Source: a virus (Duplodnaviria; Heunggongvirae; Uroviricota; Caudoviricetes). Taken from it: a stretch of DNA of 64,000 bases. The notes under the pieces were generated by a model. The model saw only the letters and a list, made by a program, of their open reading frames with translations, did not search any database and was not told where the DNA came from. Position 1 is the first letter of the stretch; each line of letters opens with the position of its first letter. Position numbers and translations under genes: made by a program. Positions 10,310 to 21,718 of the stretch are shown piece by piece. The stretch lies in IMG/VR virus record IMGVR_UViG_2851938318_000001; one strand, given 5' to 3'.

Positions 10310-11029
10310 TTAGACCATCCCTTTCTGGTGTTTTCTTACCTGCGACCAGGCAATGAATCCTGCCACAACAATAGTGGCAATACCGAAGATAATGCGTACT
10401 GTATCCCCGCTAGAGATATGACCTTGTGCTTTATCCATAGCAGCGGAAACCTGCGGCATAACATCGGCCAGCTGCGCCAGACCAATACCTGCTGTAACAG
10501 TTGCGCCTGCGGTTTCTTTAGTTACAGGAACAGCCTTCACGGTTTTCACCGGCTTAACAACGCCAGCTCGACGCAGACCTTCCTCAATAACTTCTGCCGC
10601 ATACCAGGTGTTCAGCGTTTTTAGCGGGCCTCGGCCATTCTCGTGGCGAATGATTGCCTCAACCAAAGGTCGAAGGATGTCGTAATCATGCAGATCGATG
10701 ATCATGTCTGCGGTTACACCAACGGCTTTAGACACCTCATTAATGTAGGCGTCAGTATTGTTTTCATTCGGCGGTGCCCAGCGTTCAATAACTTCACGAA
10801 TGGTATCGATACTTGTGCCGTCTTTTGCGCGACGTTTATCGTGGTAGGTAATTAGAGTCACCGCCAGCGCACGAATCCCCCAAACAGGGTCTTTAAACGT
10901 GCAAAAGCGCGGTTCGTCTGGATTCGCAACCAGACCTTGCCACGGTGATCCTTTATCAAGATTACCGGGGTTATTATTACGAATGCCTCTCGGAGTCTTC
11001 ATCCTTGATCTCCTGTTATTGCAGTCCAC
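10310..11029 (-). CDS. candidate endolysin or lysis-module protein with C-terminal membrane anchor
   Basis: 239 aa; conserved-looking N-terminal GIRNNNPGNL...W segment; C-terminal TM helix IIFGIATIVVAGFIAW; sits between holin-like and spanin-like genes. Confidence 0.35.
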   Translation of the reverse strand: MDCNNRRSRMKTPRGIRNNNPGNLDKGSPWQGLVANPDEPRFCTFKDPVWGIRALAVTLITYHDKRRAKDGTSIDTIREVIERWAPPNENNTDAYINEVSKAVGVTADMIIDLHDYDILRPLVEAIIRHENGRGPLKTLNTWYAAEVIEEGLRRAGVVKPVKTVKAVPVTKETAGATVTAGIGLAQLADVMPQVSAAMDKAQGHISSGDTVRIIFGIATIVVAGFIAWSQVRKHQKGMV

Positions 11030-11351
11030 TTTTTACGCCATACGCGGCTAACCCCAAAAGCAGTGCGGTAATAATGAACGACGTTATTTTAGAAACAATG
11101 CCGCCAAAGAACCCACTTGAGATGGAATCTAACCGGTTAAGGAGTTTGTCCAGATTGGAGTGTTGAATACTATGTTGCGCCGGGGTCATATCACCAAAGT
11201 AGGTTTTCAGCTGATCATTGACCTCCTGGCCAATTTCTTCACGTAGCTCTTTACCTAATTTGCCAACAACCTCCCGAGCAACGATCGCGGCAATACGCTC
11301 AACTTGCTCTGTTGTAACGCCCGCCATCTCGTTCGACATGTTTTCCTCCAT
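11016..11351 (-). CDS. holin-like small membrane protein
   Basis: 111 aa; one C-terminal TM helix ITSFIITALLLGLAAYGV; first gene of the lysis-like cassette. Confidence 0.35.
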   Translation of the reverse strand: MEENMSNEMAGVTTEQVERIAAIVAREVVGKLGKELREEIGQEVNDQLKTYFGDMTPAQHSIQHSNLDKLLNRLDSISSGFFGGIVSKITSFIITALLLGLAAYGVKSGLQ

Positions 11352-11541
11352 GAAAAGTCAAATCGGGATGGCGGATTTATATCACACTTCCCCTTTCAAT
11401 TATAGGTATATACTTACCTACCTATGCATATACCGTTTAACGGCTGTTCAAATTCGTATCTAGTAACTCACTAATATATCCCTATGATTGCGGCTGTGAG
11501 ATCGCATTTTAAACCTCACAGCCATATAAATAATGTCTAAA

Positions 11542-14500
11542 TCAGTTACTTGTTGCCCCAACAGTACCTGCAAATTTCAGCCATTGACCTGACGGACTTC
11601 TATTACTACGGTAGTGATAAACGAGGATTGCGTTTGTAATCCCACCATAGTCAGCTTTGTGTGACGTCGTTAAACGAATTGTATAATCACCGTTAGGTAG
11701 ATTAAAAACTTCGATTATAGATTCTGCTAATTCTACAGCACCAAATCCCGTTATATTGTTGATACTGCCAGCATTGAATCCCATAGCATCGCCAAAGCCA
11801 ATCCAATAACTTTTGCTAAACGCCCCATTTGATTTTAGGTGGCTAATGAATGCGGACAAGCTCATGCCCATATCCCCACCTGAAACAGAGGAAGTTCGCA
11901 CAGTCATGCTTGGAAGAGCACTGCTCTTCACATAGGAACTTAGAAGGTTTGTTACCTCTGTTTTCGTGTAAGCATTAACATTAGCCGCAGTCAAAGTTAT
12001 ATCGGCAGAGCCATCAAACGCCACACCAGCAATTTTCCTTGCTGTCTGCAATTTTGTGGCGGTTGCGGCATTACCAGTAGTGTTCTGGTTCCCATCTGCA
12101 TTCACACCTGGGATGCTGTCTTTTTTAGTATATATCTGAGTCCAGTCCTCTTCGAACCCATAGCCATCACGTGATGAACGGTAATACAATCCACCATTTT
12201 TATAATGCGCTCGGATTTGGAGAGTCCGACAACTACCTACGCCTGTATAAAAATTTGCAACGATATAAGAATCCCCGGAGCGTGTAACATTATACGCACC
12301 TGATTCGGCATTCCACGGGACCGCACCACTAGTATCGGCATAAGTTCCAGTAGCGCGTCGAGCAAAAGCAGATACATTTGCAGCTGTTAGTGTTATATCA
12401 GCAGAACCATCAAAAGACACGCCGCTTATTTTTCTAGCAGTTTGCAACTTCGTAGCTGTTGAAGCATTACCGTTCAAGCTGCCATTTACGCCACCAGTAA
12501 CATTTAGTCCATTACCAATGGACACAGCACCGCTGGTATTGTTAATTGTAATCGGTCGCAAACCGTTCCATGAACCTAATGTGTCTCCTGATGCTGTTAG
12601 CATGAAATATGTGTTCGACCCATCATTACGGATAAAGAACCCAAAGCTACCGTAAGCAATGCGGAAACCATTTGCATATTTTGAAATGATCTCGCCAGAA
12701 GATGTCAAACCTCCAGATAATGTCCCACCGGTAAGAGGTAATGCACCAACGTCAGATGCTGTTGGTTTATTTTTCGTGTTATATACTCTTCGCCATCCTG
12801 GAGAATAATCTGTGCCATTAAATACATAGATAAACTCCGCATTAGTGAGAGCACCAGAGACACTCGTCGTTGTGGCCGTTGTTATACGGATCGTATAATT
12901 GTTTGAGCTACTACCGTTATTAAATACCTCTATAACAGCTCCTGCCAATGGAATAACGCCACAACCAGTTTCACTATTTGGTATGGTTGCACTATTGGCA
13001 TAGGCCCACGCACATCGAGCAATCCATGACTTTGTGTTAAATGCTCCATTATTTTGCAATAACGTCACTAACTGTGCTGTTGTTATTGCTCCGCCATTAC
13101 TTCCTGTAGTTAACCAACCAGTAGGAGATGCCGGGCAACCTATATTTGCTGGCGATAAGGAAATATTTGCCGAGCCGTCAAACGACACCCCATTAATAGT
13201 ACGCGCAGTCTGCAACTTCGTAGCAGTAGCCGCGTTGCCCGTTGTATTCTGATTACCAGTCGTATTAACACCTGGCAAATTAATATTCGCAGTACCATCA
13301 AAGCTCACGCCGCCGATAGTTCTTGCCGTCTGAAGTTTTGTAGCAGTTGCAGCATTACCAGTGGTGTTCTGATTACCCGTAGTATTTACACCTGGAAGGT
13401 TGATATTTGCAGAACCGTCGAAACCAACTCCACCGATAGATCTTGCCGTCTGCAATTTCGTTGCTGTACTTGCATTACCATTTAATGTTCCGGTGATCCC
13501 ACCAGTAACAGACAACGGACCTGAAACTGTTCCTCCGGTTGTTGGCAGTGCACCAATATCTAACGGCGTCGGTTTCTGATGTGTGCTATACATCGTATAA
13601 ACAACACCATCGGTAACGCTGGAAGGCTTACTCGCTGAATATGTTGGCGATGTATAAATAGAAACTGTCGCATTTGCAGTACAATCCCAATGGATATTTA
13701 CACTCGTCGCATAATTGCCAATCTCAACGTAAATATCATATGTATCGCCGGATGTGTTGATCCAGGCGAAATTCGTTAATCCGACAGCTGTACGCTTCCA
13801 CAAAGCCCCGGTAATTCCTTTGGGGTTTCCATTGCCTGCTCGTAGAACCAGTTCTGAAATGCCTGCCTGATGTGGGGAACCGACGTTGTAACCAGCGCCA
13901 CCAATCAATGCGATGTAAACGATGGAACTCGCTTGTGGCATGGTAACCGTAGCCAGTTTGAACCACCCAGCCCCGCCAGAGAAAGACATCGTTACTGAAT
14001 TTAAAGTACCAATATCTTTCGGCGTTAATGTTATATCCGCAGTCAATGCTTTTCCGTTAACTTTTCGGTTAGATGGCACCCTGCTATTCGCATTGTCATT
14101 GGCTGCTTTAACTGCTTTTGGCGTTGCGGCCAGCGATTCACTGGTGCTGTCGACAGCACTGCTAAGTTTCACAACACCTTTGGTGGTAAGGCTTGCGTCT
14201 TCCATCGCAACTGCACCGGCAATCTCTTCAGCACGATCAGCGGCAGCTTCCGCACGGGTCGCAGCGGATTCAGCAGCAGTTTTGCTCTGAGATGCAGCTG
14301 TCGCACTGCCTGCCGCCTCTGTTGCCTTCGTGGATGCCGTTGAAGCACTGCTCTTCGCTGCTGATGCCTGCTTGGTCGCCTCATCTTTTGAAGCGGATGC
14401 TGAGGTGGCTGATGCAGACGCAGAACTTGCAGATTCAGCAGCTGCCGCCTTAGAGGAAGCAGCATTGTCTTCTGAGGTCTTTGCATTTGTTTCAGAGGTT

Positions 14501-15567
14501 TTTGCTGCCGATGCTGAATTTTTAGCAGCTGTAGCCTGACTCGTCGCCTCTGTCGCTTTTGTGGTAGCTGTTGTCGCGGATGACAATGCGCTATCCGCAG
14601 ATTTTCCTGCCGCTGTTGCACTTGATGAAGCACTATCCGCACTTGCTGAGGCTGCACTTGCTGACGCTTCTGCCACAGATTTCGAACTGTTTGCAGACGA
14701 TGCACTCTGTTCGGCTGCCGTTTCAGATGCTTTTGCGTTTGTCTCTGACGTTTTTGCTGCCTTAGAGGAATTTGCAGCTTCTGTTGCCGATGATGCAGCC
14801 GCGTTTGCACTCGATGAAGCGTTAGTCTCTGATGCTTTGGCTGCATCCTTAGATGCAGAGGCACTGGACGCAGATATTGCAGCCTCCGATGCTTTGGTCG
14901 ATGCTACAGACGCTGATTCTGCTGCCGCTTCTTTGGCGGCCTCTGCGTTCGTTTCAGATCTTTTCGCAGCAGTTGCACTCGCACTTGCAGCACTTTGTGA
15001 GGATGCCGCAGCGGATGCACTTTGAGACGCTTGAGATGCTTTTTCTCCAGCGGTATTGGCGCTTTCTGCCGCTGCGGCAGCACTGGCCGCCGCCTCACGA
15101 GCTTTGTCGCCAGCAGCATCAATCGCGTCAGTGTTATTTTTATACCACTCAACGTTTTCGTTGTGCTCGTTGACGATCTGCATTAGCGGCTTAACGGTCA
15201 CTTCTGTACCGTCTTCACGCTCGATTGTCACCTCATCCAGAGCAGTCAACCAACTGCGCATGGACTTTGAATCAGCCGACATACGCGACATTAGTGCAGT
15301 AAAGCGCGCGCTAAACTGTGTTAAGTCGCCTTCATAGGTCGTAATGATTCGGCACGGAACTTCAGACTGAGTTTCGCCGGTATAAGGTTCTGAGAGAACA
15401 ATGTTCGTATCACTGGTTACGCGCTTGATCTCATACAGCTTGTTGTCGGGGCCAATGACGATCATCCCCGGCAACACACCATTAGCTGTTACGTTCCAGG
15501 CTGTTCCAACACCAACGAGAGTATTGCTACCCTGTGTAAATGTGATAGTACCTTCCCTGTACCACAT
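11542..15567 (-). CDS. side tail fiber protein
   Basis: 1341 aa; long Ala/Ser-rich low-complexity region; three tandem tail-fiber repeats GNAATATKLQTARxIGGVSFDGxANINLPGVNTTGNQNTT. Confidence 0.75.
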   Translation of the reverse strand: MWYREGTITFTQGSNTLVGVGTAWNVTANGVLPGMIVIGPDNKLYEIKRVTSDTNIVLSEPYTGETQSEVPCRIITTYEGDLTQFSARFTALMSRMSADSKSMRSWLTALDEVTIEREDGTEVTVKPLMQIVNEHNENVEWYKNNTDAIDAAGDKAREAAASAAAAAESANTAGEKASQASQSASAAASSQSAASASATAAKRSETNAEAAKEAAAESASVASTKASEAAISASSASASKDAAKASETNASSSANAAASSATEAANSSKAAKTSETNAKASETAAEQSASSANSSKSVAEASASAASASADSASSSATAAGKSADSALSSATTATTKATEATSQATAAKNSASAAKTSETNAKTSEDNAASSKAAAAESASSASASATSASASKDEATKQASAAKSSASTASTKATEAAGSATAASQSKTAAESAATRAEAAADRAEEIAGAVAMEDASLTTKGVVKLSSAVDSTSESLAATPKAVKAANDNANSRVPSNRKVNGKALTADITLTPKDIGTLNSVTMSFSGGAGWFKLATVTMPQASSIVYIALIGGAGYNVGSPHQAGISELVLRAGNGNPKGITGALWKRTAVGLTNFAWINTSGDTYDIYVEIGNYATSVNIHWDCTANATVSIYTSPTYSASKPSSVTDGVVYTMYSTHQKPTPLDIGALPTTGGTVSGPLSVTGGITGTLNGNASTATKLQTARSIGGVGFDGSANINLPGVNTTGNQNTTGNAATATKLQTARTIGGVSFDGTANINLPGVNTTGNQNTTGNAATATKLQTARTINGVSFDGSANISLSPANIGCPASPTGWLTTGSNGGAITTAQLVTLLQNNGAFNTKSWIARCAWAYANSATIPNSETGCGVIPLAGAVIEVFNNGSSSNNYTIRITTATTTSVSGALTNAEFIYVFNGTDYSPGWRRVYNTKNKPTASDVGALPLTGGTLSGGLTSSGEIISKYANGFRIAYGSFGFFIRNDGSNTYFMLTASGDTLGSWNGLRPITINNTSGAVSIGNGLNVTGGVNGSLNGNASTATKLQTARKISGVSFDGSADITLTAANVSAFARRATGTYADTSGAVPWNAESGAYNVTRSGDSYIVANFYTGVGSCRTLQIRAHYKNGGLYYRSSRDGYGFEEDWTQIYTKKDSIPGVNADGNQNTTGNAATATKLQTARKIAGVAFDGSADITLTAANVNAYTKTEVTNLLSSYVKSSALPSMTVRTSSVSGGDMGMSLSAFISHLKSNGAFSKSYWIGFGDAMGFNAGSINNITGFGAVELAESIIEVFNLPNGDYTIRLTTSHKADYGGITNAILVYHYRSNRSPSGQWLKFAGTVGATSN

Positions 15568-15660
15568 GTTGAATATGCTCCTTGATTTGGTGGGCTATCC
15601 TTGCCCACCATAAAGTAAGTACCTACTTATTTTTACCGATGTAAATATTTTTTTCTACTA

Positions 15661-18600
15661 TCACAGAAGGCCAATTCTCACTCGGAGGACGTTGTTATCG
15701 TCATAAACGTCAATCCGCTGACCATTTATGACCAATCGCCCATTGCCGCCGCTATTACCGTTAATCTCAAGCGTTCCATTTTTGCCGAACCGCCATCCAG
15801 ATCTACCGCTAACAAAATTGGTAGATTGCAGATCGCCTACTTTTGCATTGGTGATTGTGCCATCCTTGATATACGCACCATTCATATAGGCGATACTGTT
15901 TTCGATAACAAATGGCGTGGTGATCTTCCCGTTAACAGAGTTGACCAAACCAAATCTGTCCGCCTGCACCAAAAACTGAGAAAGACCGGTGGTGTCGATA
16001 CCAAGCGCAATACCGGCAACATACTTCTGCCCTCCGCTCGTTGAAGTCTCCATTTTCAACGTCCACGCGGTTGAGACTTTTTTGTTGGTATCAGCAATGG
16101 CTGTTGCCTGCTGTTGAATTGTCGCGGTATTTCCATCCACCTCTGCTTTCAGAGTATCGATTCGCCCACTTAGAGCATTATCTGCCTGCGTTCTCGCTGT
16201 CGTTTCAGTTGTGACCGCCGCAGAAATGTTGGCTGCTGTTTGAGACTCTAAGTTTGTGATTTGAGTCGCCAGTGCCGCATCTTGCTCTGTACGCGTTTTC
16301 GTTTCGGTTGCTACAGCCGCTTTAATATCCTCTTTGTATTGAGAGGTCAGCTTGGTGATCTGAGATGACAACGCCGAGTCAGCATCAGTTCGAGCCTGCG
16401 TTTCAACTGCAACGGCCGCACTAATATCTTTCGCAGTCTGTGCTTTTAAACTTGAAACCTCTTTTGTTAAAGCGGTATCACCATCTGCACGAGCCGTTGT
16501 TTCTCTGGCAAGAGATGCCTCGAGATCATTAGCTTTTGCTGTAAGAGACGTAATCTGAGTGGACAATGCACTATCGGCATCAGTCCTTGCCTTTGTCTCT
16601 ACAGCAACCGCTGCGGCAATGTCAGTTCCGGTCTGCGCCCGCAGGATGTTAATTTCTCGTGAGAGCGCCTCGTCAGCACTTGCTCTAGCCTCCTGCTCCT
16701 GAGTGATGGCGGCGGATATATCACCGTCAACCTTTGCTTGAAGCTGGTTTATTTGTTTGGCTAAGGCAGAGTCCCCGCTTGCTCGAGCCTCCTGCTCACT
16801 ACGTATTGCAGCAGAAATATCATCATCAACCTTTGCCTGAAGTTGGGTGATCTGGCTTGCCAGAGCCGAATCTTCCGTTGCTCGGGCTTCTTGCTCCTCC
16901 TTAATAGCTGCGACGATATCGTTGCTTACTTTCGACTCAAGCTGAGTGATCTGTGTCGTCAGAGCTTCATCGGCAGATGTACGAGCCTCCTGCTCTGTAC
17001 TAATCGCCGCGCTGATATCTCCTTCAAACTTAGATTGCAGCTGAGTGACACGCTTTGCCAACGCTTCATCGCCATCGGCACGAGCGGTGGACTCTTCCAG
17101 AATACTGGCCTTAATGTCTTCGCCAATTTCTACGCGAATTTCCTCAACCTTCGTGGCCATTGCAGACATATCATCAGCAAAGGTTTTCTGTGTTGTTGCG
17201 ATCTTCGCGTTATTGACCATCTGCTTGTGCTGGTCTTCATCTTGACGAAGAGCCAGGTCAATGTTTGTTTTGGCCAACGCCTCAATGTTCGTAGTCAGCT
17301 CTGCACTTGCACGATCGACCTCTGCAACCGTCTTTTTCATTTCTTCAACGGCAGCGGAGCTTTCCTCTACCGTTGACTGCAACACTTCCAGTTGTTTAGC
17401 GTTTGCAGCATCGCCTTCAACACGAGCCTCGCTTTCCTTAGCAATAAGAGCCGCCGCTTCATCTCTTGCAGCCTTTATTGCCTCGACTGTATTAGCGAGA
17501 GCTTTATCGTGTTCAGATACGGCGTTTTCGATTTCAACAATTGCAGCATCAGTAGCATCAATTTTTTCAAACGCTTCATTGACCTTGTCGATCGTTGCCG
17601 AAACCTCACCTTTAAGCTCGGTTTGTGCGTTCTCCAAAGCATCGCTACGCTCGTTGAATTTTATTTCAAAATCCGCGAGGTTATCGCTGAACTGCTTATC
17701 TAATTCAGCTATATCTTCCTTAACGTCGTTTACCGCCCCCTCCAAAGATTCGACGCTCTGGTTGATATGCTCATTTAACTCGTCAACTGCTTCTTGAGAG
17801 GCTTTGCTGTTGATGTCCTCAAGCAGAGCCTGACCAAGCTCGGAAGATGTAATTTTGCCAGTCAGGAACGACAGTACATCGCGAGTTGTCGCCTCTGTAC
17901 CCAAGTTTGAGTTCGGAGGACTTAACATACCTCGCTTGTTCGATGCTCGAACCCAGTAATACCACGTTTCACTATCCCCAAGACCAGCATGTGTAAAGGT
18001 GGTGCTTGCAGACTCTGCGATCAGTTTCGCCGTATCCAGATTGTTGGTCTGGGATGCGTAAACATTAATGTGATCAAGGTCTACCGAATCTGGATTAACC
18101 CAATTCAGTATCACATTACGATAGTCTCCAACGGCCGTTAATGACGTTGGTGCATCCGGCGGTGTCATTGTGCCCAGCACCTGATAAACGGTACTGATAA
18201 TTTCTGTTTTTTTACCGTTGAATGAAACCGCATACAGTTGGAAGTCGTAGCGTCCATTCTCCGCGACATTAACGATTTCGTATTGCTCTTCGGTTACACG
18301 CGCCGATTGCCAGTTCGATACATTGTTTTCATCAGAACGTCGCCAACTGATCCAATACTCTGGAGATTTCCCTTCCCATGTTGCAGTCAGTTTTACTGAC
18401 AGGTTGCCCGGGCTTGAGAGATAAGTCCCTTCAGTGATTTGCAGATTAGATGGCTTGGAGTAAGTTGGGTCCAATACCGTCGTATTCTGCGGGATCAGCG
18501 TTGCACCATTGTCGATTGCCTCATATTTAGACGGATTGTTCTCAACAGCGGTGATGTCAAAGCTACCCGGCGTTTCCCCCTGCGCGATGTTAACGATGCG

Positions 18601-19530
18601 AACGCGCATAGGTTCGAGGTCTGGTTCTGTAATAGTCCAGACGCCGTTCAAAACAGGCGTTTCAGCCGAAGACAGGGCTTTTGAAAACGTAACTTTTGTT
18701 ATATTTTCGCCAGTTTCAAGAACATCGCGTTCAACGATTTTGCCTTCCTGATTCAGTATTCGAATAAAGCAGCCGCCTTTGGCTAACGACACAGGCGCAT
18801 CGAGTGTGACGCTGTTTTTGGTAAACGCCACAATTCGACCTGAGTTACGTTTGCCTGCGCGATATTTGTTCTGAATCAGAACGGTTTCACCAGGCATCAG
18901 AAATGACGCGTCTAAGCCGGCAGTAAATGTAATTACATCCGACTCCATTCTGGAGGTATATAAAAGCCACAAACCAACTCGGTGAGCCTGCCCTCGGCTT
19001 GTACAGCCAAATGCTACGACTTCTGTTTTACGCTCACCATAACGGCGCATTGCGTCCTGATCTTCGACGTACTCGATGTTTTGCTTATAACCGTCCTCCT
19101 TGTTGTTGTAGGTTACGAGCGCAACGGATGGGCGATCTTTACGCGCAGAACCTTTATAGGTAAACAATCCATCTTTGACGTTAGAGTTGGTAAACATCAT
19201 TACCGGATCTGATGGGCTATCCTGCATGATGTTAACCATCCCACCAGCCCAAAACACCATGCCGCGGAATGCTCCGGCAATATCCTGAATTAGCCGGTAT
19301 GCGTCCTGTCGACTGGTGATCTGCGTATTGATTGCAAAGCGTTTCTCTTTGCCACCAAAGCCATCATCGACCTCTTCGTCACAATATCGACCAATCTGGT
19401 ACAACTGGCCAAGGTCAATCATAGATTCCGACACATACTGACCAAGGCCATATCGAGCATTGGTCAGCAAATCAAAGAGAATCCACGCGGGGTTCGAAGA
19501 AGACAACAGCTTAAAAGTGCCATCCCATAC
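15661..19530 (-). pseudogene. host-specificity (tail tip) protein J, C-terminal fragment, cut by IS insertion
   Basis: Reading frame stays open up to the IS boundary at 19530 and reads V-WDGTFKLLSSSNPAWILFDLL, contiguous with the lambda J-like N-terminal fragment; central coiled-coil repeats (ISAAI/EQEARA). Confidence 0.8.
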
Positions 19531-19572
19531 TGAACCGCCCCGGGTTTCCTGGAGAGTGTTTTATCTGTGAAC

Positions 19573-20463
19573 TCAGGCTGCCAGATCATCGTTTCCGATG
19601 GAAGCATAATAAGCTTTTTCTGCTTCTGCCGGAGGAGTATGGCCCAGCCTTCCCAGCAATCGTCGATTGTTATACCAGTCCACCCACGTTAGTGTGGCCA
19701 GTTCCACTTCTGCACGGTTTTTCCAGCTCTTACGGTGTATTACCTCCGCTTTGTAAAGACCATTGATGCTCTCAGCCATCGCGTTGTCATACGAGTCGCC
19801 TGTACTCCCTGTTGATGCCAGTAATCCGGCTTCTTTTAGTCGCTCCGTATAGGCCAGTGACACATACTGAGAGCCTTTATCGCTGTGATGGATGGTGCCA
19901 GACGGACGACGGGCCCACAACGCCTGCTCCAGCGCATCCAGCACGAATGTCGTTTCCATAGACGATGAGACCCGCCACCCCACGATGTATCCGGCAAACA
20001 CATCAATGATAAACGCCACATAGACGAAGCCCTGCCATGTGCTGACGTAAGTAAAATCAGCCACCCACAGCTGGTCAGGTCGTTCTGCCACGAACTGACG
20101 GTTTACGCGGTCGCCTGCGGCAACGGCTTTCCGGCTGATGGTCGTACGGACCTTTTTACCCCGGAGAACACCGGCAAGTCCCATAACCGCCATGAGACGT
20201 GCCACTGTACATCTGGCCACCCTGATTCCTTCCCGTAACAACTGACGCCAGACTTTACGCACACCGTACACCTGATGATTTTCATCGTATACGCGCTGTA
20301 TCTCTCTCTTCAGCCAGTCGTCGTGCTGCGCACGGGCACTGCGTTTATCCGGATGATGTCGCTGTTGCTGACAATGGTAATACGTTGACGGGGCAATATG
20401 CAGTTCGCTGCATACCGGTCCGACCCCGTACTGCTCACGCAGCTTATCCAGCAGTGGCATCAT
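19573..20463 (-). CDS. IS3-family transposase OrfB
   Basis: 296-aa ORF identical to the copy-1 OrfB. Confidence 0.85.
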   Translation of the reverse strand: MMPLLDKLREQYGVGPVCSELHIAPSTYYHCQQQRHHPDKRSARAQHDDWLKREIQRVYDENHQVYGVRKVWRQLLREGIRVARCTVARLMAVMGLAGVLRGKKVRTTISRKAVAAGDRVNRQFVAERPDQLWVADFTYVSTWQGFVYVAFIIDVFAGYIVGWRVSSSMETTFVLDALEQALWARRPSGTIHHSDKGSQYVSLAYTERLKEAGLLASTGSTGDSYDNAMAESINGLYKAEVIHRKSWKNRAEVELATLTWVDWYNNRRLLGRLGHTPPAEAEKAYYASIGNDDLAA

Positions 20464-20786
20464 TTTTTCCAGAGGCGGTCGAACTCCGCCTTCGCAAAAT
20501 AAGCGGAAGCCTGGCGAAGGATATCGTTACTGCGGCGCAGTTCACGATTTTCACGTTCCAGCTCTTTCAGACGCTGACGTTCAGCGCTGGTGAGCCCACC
20601 ATCACCGCCCCCGGTATCCCGCTCATGCTGGCGAACCCAGACACGCAGAGTCTCCGGCGTACAGCCAATCTTTGGGGCAATGGAACAAATTGCCGCCCAC
20701 TGTGAGTCATATTCATCCTGACTTTCCAGAACCATACGAATCGCCCGCTGACGGACTTCGGGGGAAAAACGAGTATTTTTAGTCAT
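20460..20786 (-). CDS. IS3-family transposase OrfA
   Basis: 108-aa ORF identical to the copy-1 OrfA. Confidence 0.85.
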   Translation of the reverse strand: MTKNTRFSPEVRQRAIRMVLESQDEYDSQWAAICSIAPKIGCTPETLRVWVRQHERDTGGGDGGLTSAERQRLKELERENRELRRSNDILRQASAYFAKAEFDRLWKK

Positions 20787-20840
20787 CCTGTTTACCTCTT
20801 TCTCAGGGAGTTTAGTCTCCAGGATTTCCGGGGCGGTTCA

Positions 20841-21707
20841 TACCCCAGCGTAAGTGTTACTGGACTCGTTATAGTTTGAAGGTACTCGAATTTTTAGGCC
20901 ACGCACCAGATAAGAGCGAGATGGCATGGTGCTACCGAATTGCTCAGAGTTTACCTTCAATCCAACCAAAACAGAGTTTGGATAGTTCATCGGTGTATCG
21001 ACAATTTCCCCGATTGAATCCACCCATGTATCGTTATAGAGATACTGGCTACTGTTATCATCGGTAATACGGACTACACGAACCTTGTATGCGCGTCCAG
21101 GCTTAGGCAGCTTCAGCTCGTAGCTACGGTAATAAACGCCGGTCTTCTTTGCTGTTAGCTTAATGCCAACGCTTTTTTCACCTTCCGCGACCACATCTAC
21201 AAATGTTGAGTCGCCATTTGCTATCTGGAACTTGTACTCAACAGTCGTACCGTTCGTGTCACCAGTTTTTTTATCTATGCTTCGCAAAGAAGGAAACTTC
21301 ATGATGACACGAACCCGATCAGCTTCATCGTTATCGATTGAAACCGTTACATAATGTGTTTTTTTTAACTGGATATTGACGGATTTAGGCGTTTCAACGA
21401 AATCAAAGCCAGACATTGGAGTCTGGTCTTGTGAACCGTCGCGAAAATCCCATGTGATTCCGCTGAAGTTGGAGGAACCGTCTTCATTTACAATCGGCAG
21501 ATCGTCGATAAAAATAGATCTTGCGCCATTTACTAAGCCGCCAATTACCCCTTCCCCAAGAAGATCGAGGATAGCGGCCATTGCACGAGAATTTACGGTA
21601 TCGTCGGCTTCAACCGGTGTACGGCTGGAGCTTTTGCTGCTTTTTTTACCACCCGCACCGGCAATAAACAGCGGTAGCTTTTTCTTCTTGAACTGTTCCA
21701 TGTTCAA
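20841..21707 (-). pseudogene. host-specificity protein J, N-terminal fragment
   Basis: 289 codons ending ...VPSNYNESSNTYAGV exactly at the IS boundary; the stop codon is supplied by the IS end (TGA of TGAACC). Confidence 0.8.
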
Positions 21708-21718
21708 AAAATCCTTGT

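Larger units (their letters stand above)
19531..20840 (-). mobile_element. IS3-family insertion sequence (IS629-like), copy 2, inverted relative to copy 1
   Basis: 1310 bp, same ends as copy 1; 3-bp duplication TAC at 19528..19530 and 20841..20843; inserted in frame inside the J gene. Confidence 0.85.

Noticed and set aside
14169-15025. Several 150-230-aa ORFs on both strands inside the tail fiber gene (e.g. 14169..14864 minus, 14561..15025 plus)
   Set aside because: They are products of the Ala/Ser-rich low-complexity repeat region read in other frames; their composition (Gln/Arg/Pro/Leu runs) is typical of spurious frames.
16843-17797. Plus-strand ORFs 16843..17376 and 17261..17797
   Set aside because: Antisense to the coiled-coil repeat region of the J fragment; Ser/Cys/Leu-rich low-complexity translations.
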